A stretch of 64,000 nt of DNA from Sporopachydermia quercuum (Eukaryota): the NCBI GenBank assembly GCA_001599295.1, contig BCGN01000001.1:2232001-2296000 (forward strand), in the 5' to 3' direction. Numbering within the stretch: position 1 is the first letter of the stretch; every line of letters starts with the position of its first letter. Below, piece by piece: positions 56,830 through 64,000 of the stretch. The notes under the pieces are model-generated. The model did not search any database and was not told where the DNA came from. It was given only the letters and a program-made list of their open reading frames with translations. Position numbers and translations under genes: made by a program.

Positions 56830-58578
56830 CTAAGCAGAGACACTAGAATGTTCATCAATTGCAATAGATCCTAATTTATTTGTCAAAGAGTTAACGTCTT
56901 CTTTCTCATAGTAATTCAAGTTTGGGCTCCTATTGGACTGATATGGCGGTGGGGTGGCTGTTGAGCTTTGGACTGGTACTTGAGGTAGCTGAAGGTCTGC
57001 TACAGTCTGTTGTTGTGGTTGTTGATGCTGGGATTTAGGCTGAGATTGTTGTGGCTGTGAGGATTGTGAGGGCTGGACATGAGGAGGCTGTGGTAAAGTT
57101 GCTGGCTGATTCTGTTGTTGCTGTTGAAGCTGTTGAACAGATCTCACAGCTTGAACTTGTTGATGTTGCTGCTGGTGCTGGTGCTGATGCGAATGTGAAT
57201 GATTAGCGATTGGCGGTAACTGTCCCTGAGGTAATGGCAACGGTCCTGTGACCTGGGGCACATTCCCATTAGCCATTTGAGGCCTGGGAGCCCCACATCG
57301 AAGACAACATACATTCTTAGCAAAGTTATGATATGCACATCCTTCGTTACCACATTTCCAATCGCCAGCTCTGAAAGGAACAGAAGTTCGATGATAGTGT
57401 GAATATCCTGAACCGTTTCCTACAGAGTTTGGCGTACCATGATACATAGAGTCTTGTACAGCTTGAGCAGAACTAGCAGGGAATGAACAACGGAAACATG
57501 CAGTTCGTCTTTGGAAATTAGAAAACCCACATGATGGGCATGTCCAATCACCAGGTCGTGGCCTGTTCTTGGATGGAGGAAATGGGGATAAAATCTCCTG
57601 TGCTCGATCTAGAACGCGTGAAGATGAGGGTGACACTTCAATAGCCCGATCATTCAATGCTCTACCGTTCATAGCTAGCGATTCTAAGGCTTCCTCGTGA
57701 GAGGAGAAGACAGCAAAGCCAGTTCCTAGAGATTTATGAGAATCAGGTGTCTTCAATGTCCAGAAAGCAACTGGACGGCCTCCATACTGAGTGAACCAGG
57801 ATTCCAATTCTGTTTGGGTTGTGTCATGAGGTAGGTTTGACATATGGAGAACTTTTGATCTTTCAGCAAGGAAAGCACGAGTATCAGCTTGAGCGTCCAA
57901 AGGATGGACCAAAACCTCTTGGAAATCTTCTGGAGTGCACTGATAGATTAAAGATTTGAGAACTCTTGCTAAAGTGACAGCTTCTTCCATAGCTCTTCTG
58001 GGAGTAGGAGTAGCTAATGATTGTAAGTGCAATGGTAAGTTATGTTTGATAGGAGCTGAAGTTTGAACAGGGTCTACTTTCAAAGCAGCACAAATGTTTG
58101 ACAACGAAGATGAGTTATATGATAAAGTTTCTGGATGGAAAGACTGCCATTTTCTGAATTCTGTTTTCAGCTCAAAAGCTTTTGGATGTTGTAGGTAAGA
58201 AGGCAGAACAACAGACTTATCTCTTGCTTCACGTGGGATTTGAACACGAAGGTCCCAAGCGCTGAAAGTAACAAATACGAATTCTTTGCTCTTCAAATGG
58301 GTTTTTGCAAAAGTCTCTAACTTGTTGATGGCGTCCTTGAATGATCCTGCAGTGCGGACATGTTCCCAAGATAAGGTGGTTAAGCTGGTGCATAAAGGTG
58401 TGATTGGAGTATTCACAGGACGCACAAGAACTGAATCAGAGTGTAGTTCTTCTAGTGAGGTTGCGTCTAAGACAATCCAGGCGATTTCTATCGTTTCTGC
58501 TGAGTCTTTCGTCACGTAGACACCGTGCTCGTCACAGGTGGTTGAAATGTGGATAACCACATATGTATCTATAGCCAT
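56830..58578 (-). CDS. NRP1: RNA-binding protein with exonuclease-like domain, RRM and two RanBP2 zinc fingers
   Basis: NLPHDTTQTELESWF RRM; RPGDWTCPSCGFSNFQRRTACFRC and RAGDWKC...HNFAKNVCCLRC fingers; Q-rich tail. Confidence 0.9.
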   Translation of the reverse strand: MAIDTYVVIHISTTCDEHGVYVTKDSAETIEIAWIVLDATSLEELHSDSVLVRPVNTPITPLCTSLTTLSWEHVRTAGSFKDAINKLETFAKTHLKSKEFVFVTFSAWDLRVQIPREARDKSVVLPSYLQHPKAFELKTEFRKWQSFHPETLSYNSSSLSNICAALKVDPVQTSAPIKHNLPLHLQSLATPTPRRAMEEAVTLARVLKSLIYQCTPEDFQEVLVHPLDAQADTRAFLAERSKVLHMSNLPHDTTQTELESWFTQYGGRPVAFWTLKTPDSHKSLGTGFAVFSSHEEALESLAMNGRALNDRAIEVSPSSSRVLDRAQEILSPFPPSKNRPRPGDWTCPSCGFSNFQRRTACFRCSFPASSAQAVQDSMYHGTPNSVGNGSGYSHYHRTSVPFRAGDWKCGNEGCAYHNFAKNVCCLRCGAPRPQMANGNVPQVTGPLPLPQGQLPPIANHSHSHQHQHQQQHQQVQAVRSVQQLQQQQQNQPATLPQPPHVQPSQSSQPQQSQPKSQHQQPQQQTVADLQLPQVPVQSSTATPPPYQSNRSPNLNYYEKEDVNSLTNKLGSIAIDEHSSVSA

Positions 58579-60154
58579 GGTTGTATTTGGTATAGTATTG
58601 CTTCAACGAGGTCTCTTTGTAGTAGACACTTTTGAATAACTAAACTCTCGGATTCAATAANTGTCTTCTNACTGATAATGATATGCAGATGATGGGCAAT
58701 TAGAAACCTGTTGTTGATCTGTGCATAGAAACACTTGTTGGACAGGATTCCCTATGCCTTATCGTATGGATAATTATGTGGTAGTTATAACGTACACAAA
58801 GTCAGATATTTCCATCAAATCTACCTGGAGAACGCAGTTTCCTATACCAGAGAAAAACCAACACTTGACGATGAAAAAAGCAGAACTGGTACCTTCAAAC
58901 AGAACCAATAGATTGGAAGATCTTTTAACAGAAATCACAATACACGAAGAACTATTACTTGAACTGCTTGGAGAACTAGTTGTGGAGCTATTAAACCTCT
59001 TAGTCCCTTTAGAAGGTGAACAGTTGTTTACCGTGAAAACGAACGTGAGAAAATAATCCCGAGTCGCACGGTGTAAAAGCAGTTTTTATATATTTTTTAC
59101 AGTGTCACAATTTGTTTTAAGCGACGATATGTAATAGGTCTTACTTCATCTTGACATGTTTTGGTACCCTTTTGCAATGAAAAATTTTATTATGAAAGAC
59201 GTGTGGAAAAGTGATAATAAAGTTGTCTTTCTTAACTAAAAGCGAAAATTTTCAATTCGAATGGGGAAATAGATAGACTCTTGTGTCGGGTCTTTTGAGG
59301 GGGTCTAAAGGCGTAATATATGAAGAGACTCTTTTCTGTGTTAGATTATTACGTGATATAATATTTCTGATGATTTATTAGAGTAGTGCGAAATGGTTGG
59401 TGGCTGAAGCTGGTTTGATTTGTCAGCTGTTGGATTGGGGAGAATATTGTATTTCAAAATTGGTCAAATTATGGTTTATTGTTGTGATTAGTGAGAGATT
59501 ACTTGCTTACAAAAATCAGAGGCTATCTGGGTTTTGCTTGTATTTGATGCGGGCATTTGATTTCGTTTCTAAGACTAACCTGGCGTCTCAGTTTTGTCTC
59601 CAGAGACAGTGGGACATTCTGAAGATATGGCATCACAAGCAGAAACACTAAATTCCGGATATGATGTTGATACTATGAATAGATCAATGAAAAAATATAT
59701 TAACAATAAAAAAATCTGCTTCTAAATTCAATAATTTATGATAATTACTCTTGTTTAATTACACTTTCCTATTTTTTTATTTTAGAGGTTCCTGGAAAAT
59801 TCTTAAGAATCTTTCTCAATTGCTGCCTGAGCATTGCCTTAATCATTTCCTTTTTCCTTCTCACAATTCAAGATATCGGAAATTATACCAAGTTCGCCTG
59901 CTAAGAAGGGAAAATACGCTATTAACTTTCAACAATCAACAATCAACCATTGGAATCAAACAACAAAACACATCTACGACTAACAGCAAATGATATTCCG
60001 CTTTTTCCCTGTAAAAGCGGAATATCATTACTTTAATACATTGCTAAAGCTACAACAACAGTGTTTGTCGTCCAAGATTATCTACTACTTCTATTGAGTA
60101 GTCAGCCATTTATCGCTGTCTGTTACCTCTGGGACATACATCAATGGAGTTAGG

Positions 60155-63001
60155 ATGGATCACAACCCAATGATACCCGACCTGGACTCTCGCAGGCAAC
60201 CACTGCGAGTTTTCAAAGCTCAACTAGCAATTGTATCACTGTTAGGTGTATCCTGTTTTCTCCTTTTCTGTATTGTAAGAAAGAAGTGGCCTTCATTCTA
60301 CTCAATGAGAACTATACACAATAAGGAACTGCCTAAGATACCAAACAGTTTATTTGGATGGATACCTATTATTTGGCATATTTCAGATGAACAGGTTCTA
60401 GAATTCTCTGGTTTGGATGCTTATGTGTTTCTTGGATTTTTCAGAATGTCGATCAAACTATTGGCTTACTACAGTATATTTTCCATAGTATTCATCTCAC
60501 CTATAAGATATTACTATACAGGTAGCATTGACCCTGATGATCCAACTGGGGATTCGTTGCTTACGGTACCCAAATACATAATCTCAACTCTGATATCAAC
60601 CAGGGCATCCGGAACTTTAGTAGATGATCCTGATGGAAGCGATGGGCCTTATCCTGAGTATTTCTGGATGTATGGTATATTTGTCTATCTATTCTCAGGA
60701 TTAGCTATCTATCTTTTATTAGACCAAACAACCACTGTGCTGAAAGTAAGGCAAAAGTATTTGGGAAATCAGTCCACTATCACTGATAGAACAATTAGAA
60801 TGAGCGGCATTCCACCAGAACTACGGAATGCAAATGTTCTACAGGACCATATTGAATCATTCAAAATAGGGAAAGTAAGCTCAGTTACCCTTTGTTGTGA
60901 ATGGGACCATTTGAAAAAGCTGTTTATTGAAAGAGATAATATTCTACGTAAGCTAGAGTATTATTTGGCTCAATATTTAGGCGTCAATTTGCTCCAAACT
61001 CATGATGCAAGAGAGCCTAGAGCTAGACCTAAATATATACCCAAGGAGATTGATGCTAGTCCCATCAATATTATCGAAGCTCCCAATTTGAGGTTTTTGG
61101 ATGATAACGCTTGGACACCAACGTATATGAATAATGAAACGGAAGAAAATAATGGAATTAATATTTTAGCTGGTCTTGGGAACAATAGACATCAGGATGA
61201 TGATACCAACATTCCTCGAGATGGATCATCATCAGCAATAGACCCTTTTTCTGGAGAAGAAAGTCGTTTGGGTAACAATGCTTATTCCAGTTATGGTACC
61301 AATGAAAGAAGAACTGAGGGAGATAATAATAGTGGTATTCGTTCTTTAAACGATGCCTCGTCGACGAAATCTTATGATGAGTTATTTCAGCAGAACAAAA
61401 AATCTCACCCTAGACCCACTATCCGAACAGGTTTTCTCAATCTGTTTGGGACAAAGGTTGATGCGATAGAACATTATACCAATGAACTACATCGTCTAGA
61501 TGGGAAAATTCTGAGGGCAAGAGAACAGGAGTATGCCCCTATTCATGAAGCATTCATAACAATGGATTCAGTGGCATCGGCCCAAATGATTGCTCAAGCA
61601 GTACTAGACCCCCGAGTGAATAAGCTTATTGCTACTTTAGCACCAGCACCTAGTGATGTATTATGGGACAACCTGTATTTTAATCGAATAAGCAGATTTC
61701 TAAGAGAATATTCCATAACAATTATTATTGTGTTTTCTACTGTTGCGTGGGTTTTCCCTGTTTCATCAATTGCTGCGTTGTTGAACGTGAAAACACTGAA
61801 AAAACTTTGGCCTGCTTTAGGCAATGCAATTGCTGGTAATAAGTGGGCTGATACTCTGATATGTGGTATTCTGCCACCTTATTTGTTCACTCTTCTGTCT
61901 ATATGTGTTCCTTATTTCTATGAGTGGCTGGCTAATTTCCAGGGATACGTTTCAAGTGGAGAGAAGGAGATCTCTGTTGTGAGCAAAAACTATTTCTTCA
62001 TATTCTTCAATCTGTTTTTCGTATTCACGATGGCAGGTACTGCTAGTAATTATACAGCTTTGATTACTGACTCTACTAAGATCGCTTACCTTCTGGCTGC
62101 AGCTATTAAGAATCTGGCATTGTTTTATGTAGATCTTATATTATTACAGGGCATTGGTTTGATGCCTCTAAGGCTTTTGCAGATTGGTGATACTTTCATC
62201 GTGTCCTTTTGTAAGATATTCTGCTATACAGCAAGAGACTATTATGATTTGTTTTTTACTGCACCAGTGTTCAACTTTGGGTTAATTTTGCCGCAGCATA
62301 TCCTGATACTGATAATTACTGTCATCTACTCAGTGCTTTCGACAAAAGTTGTGTGCTCCGGGTTGGCATATTTTGCTCTTGGCTACTTTGTATATAAATA
62401 TCAATTGGTATATTCTATGCAAAATCCTCAGCATTCAACAGGACAAGCCTGGCCATTGATATTTCGACGGGTTTGTATTGGCTTAATTTTGTTTCAATTA
62501 GCAATGGCTGGAACGTTTGCTTTAAGGAAAGCTTTTGTTTTATCCTTTTTAATGATTCCTTTACTATGGATGACAGGTATCACCATGTATAGATTCGAAA
62601 AGGATTATCTTCCTCTATCATATTTCATTGCTCTGAGATCTATAAGAAATGACCCTTGGTCCAATATGGAAATTCCTTCAATCTATAGTGCTGGACTAGC
62701 GGATAACGATGAAGATGATGCTATGATGAATTGGATAGAATTTCCCCCTCCTGAAAGTTCTAGTGGTATAAGAAAAAGGAAGAGAAAGATGACATTGGAT
62801 GAGACGCGAGAACAGTTTCAACGTTATAAATACCCATATCTAACAAAATCTTTAGATGGTCCTTGGGTCGGCTTTGATGGCCAAGATATACTTATGATGG
62901 AAATGGAGGATCTTCACGGTGATCCTGATGCGACTTTAACTTCGGTCGCTTCTTCAGGTAGGTTGGTTCGCCGGACTGTTAACAGTTTGGATAATTGGTA
63001 A
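60155..63001 (+). CDS. CSC1: CSC1/OSCA/TMEM63-family cation channel
   Basis: SGLDAYVFLGFFRM, QKYLGNQSTITDRTIRMSGIP, APAPSDVLWDN, YKYQLVY...HSTGQAWP; multiple TM helices. Confidence 0.88.
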   Translation: MDHNPMIPDLDSRRQPLRVFKAQLAIVSLLGVSCFLLFCIVRKKWPSFYSMRTIHNKELPKIPNSLFGWIPIIWHISDEQVLEFSGLDAYVFLGFFRMSIKLLAYYSIFSIVFISPIRYYYTGSIDPDDPTGDSLLTVPKYIISTLISTRASGTLVDDPDGSDGPYPEYFWMYGIFVYLFSGLAIYLLLDQTTTVLKVRQKYLGNQSTITDRTIRMSGIPPELRNANVLQDHIESFKIGKVSSVTLCCEWDHLKKLFIERDNILRKLEYYLAQYLGVNLLQTHDAREPRARPKYIPKEIDASPINIIEAPNLRFLDDNAWTPTYMNNETEENNGINILAGLGNNRHQDDDTNIPRDGSSSAIDPFSGEESRLGNNAYSSYGTNERRTEGDNNSGIRSLNDASSTKSYDELFQQNKKSHPRPTIRTGFLNLFGTKVDAIEHYTNELHRLDGKILRAREQEYAPIHEAFITMDSVASAQMIAQAVLDPRVNKLIATLAPAPSDVLWDNLYFNRISRFLREYSITIIIVFSTVAWVFPVSSIAALLNVKTLKKLWPALGNAIAGNKWADTLICGILPPYLFTLLSICVPYFYEWLANFQGYVSSGEKEISVVSKNYFFIFFNLFFVFTMAGTASNYTALITDSTKIAYLLAAAIKNLALFYVDLILLQGIGLMPLRLLQIGDTFIVSFCKIFCYTARDYYDLFFTAPVFNFGLILPQHILILIITVIYSVLSTKVVCSGLAYFALGYFVYKYQLVYSMQNPQHSTGQAWPLIFRRVCIGLILFQLAMAGTFALRKAFVLSFLMIPLLWMTGITMYRFEKDYLPLSYFIALRSIRNDPWSNMEIPSIYSAGLADNDEDDAMMNWIEFPPPESSSGIRKRKRKMTLDETREQFQRYKYPYLTKSLDGPWVGFDGQDILMMEMEDLHGDPDATLTSVASSGRLVRRTVNSLDNW

Positions 63002-63596
63002 ATGATAAGTAATATGAGTTTATTAAATAATTACATTAGTAATATATATGTTTTATTGGATGCGAGCCATCGTTGTAAAGTAAGGTACTAGTGGTAGGTT
63101 GGTGATCAGTTGCTTCATGCGCCCCTATGCACAATGGTCTCTTATGCATGGTGATGCTTCATCCAAGGGTGTTAAGGATGTTCATTAGATATATATATGT
63201 ATATTGCTTATTTGCAGCAATCCGAGTTCAAAGCTACCAATCAGAAGTTTTGTTAGATATTTATTATACAAGCACTTCTCATTTGTCATTTTAATCACAA
63301 AGTTAGCACTGTTCGATGGTAACTATTATTAGTATGTAACATAAGGTAAATTTCTATGCATACTTCTTGATCATGCATGAATCTTGAATCTTAATCTACT
63401 TTTCCAATTATTCCTCATTACATGAAGTTCTTAGAGACTCTTTTTTATCTATCTCAGTCTATGCCATTATAACTTCAATGAAATCTATAATAAAACTGAA
63501 TTAAATGTATTCATTGACTTCAGTACTTCATATGGTTGTTACTATCAACAGAATACATTGCACCCTCTTTACTAGTTGATCTCTCCATTATTCAAG

Positions 63597-64000
63597 ATGA
63601 GCACAATTACTTTCGTTACTGGTATGTGAGCGCCTTGATTATTAATAGTAAATTGAGCTCTAAGATCTACATCTGTGATCAATTCTTGTTGATACCACCA
63701 TAAGGATCATTGAGCATGAAAATTTTCCTACTGACACATTTTTAAACGAATAGGAAACAAAAATAAGCTGAAAGAAGTTGTAGCTATCCTCGCCCAAGGT
63801 CAGGGAGCCTCACAAGTTGGAAGTCATACAATTGTTAATCGAAGTTTGGATCTTGAAGAACTTCAAGGCACTGTAGAGGAAGTAACCATTAAGAAGGCTC
63901 AGACAGCTGCTCGTTTAGTAAGTATAATTTTATGATTTCTCTGCGGTATACAGAAGTTTTATTATTTACTGATTTGATCACTAATTATTTATTAGATCCA
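63597..64000 (+). CDS. HAM1: Inosine triphosphate pyrophosphatase, 5' part; exons 63597-63621, 63754-63917, 63996 to window end; absent from ORF track
   Basis: Spliced [21 protein letters not shown]...[24 protein letters not shown] is the Ham1 N-terminus; introns GTATGT/TACTGAC/TAG and GTAAGT/CACTAAT/TAG. Confidence 0.9.

Noticed and set aside
58721..59056. 111-aa Leu/Glu-rich ORF
   Set aside because: GTG start, lies antisense in the NRP1 leader/promoter, no recognisable family

Overview
Gene-dense, AT-rich chromosome segment from a budding yeast (Saccharomycotina). CTG encodes Leu at invariant positions, the complex I assembly factor NDUFAF5 is present, and short spliceosomal introns with relaxed signals are frequent. 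About 25 protein genes in order: a small metallothionein, peroxisomal catalase, STU1/CLASP, a probable mitochondrial helical-repeat protein, AIM22, NDUFAF5, tubulin cofactor D, an orphan, MRPL33, KU70, COA2, RPS20, SNO/PDX2, URC4, a Caprin-like protein, SUB1, a Ser-rich hypothetical protein, QCR10, AFG3, BIM1, YPK1, HSL1, NRP1, CSC1 and the 5' part of HAM1. Several of these are missed or split by the ORF track. The strongest novel signal is the 1.7-kb ORF-free gap between the convergent NDUFAF5 and cofactor D genes. It holds a ~1.4-kb heavily base-paired + strand region containing a template-like 17-nt unit with a 9-nt terminal redundancy, consistent with an unannotated telomerase RNA that would specify the telomere repeat GATTTGTAGGACGATGA. 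Gene names rest on recalled family motifs, not database searches. No transposon, tRNA or rRNA was recognised.
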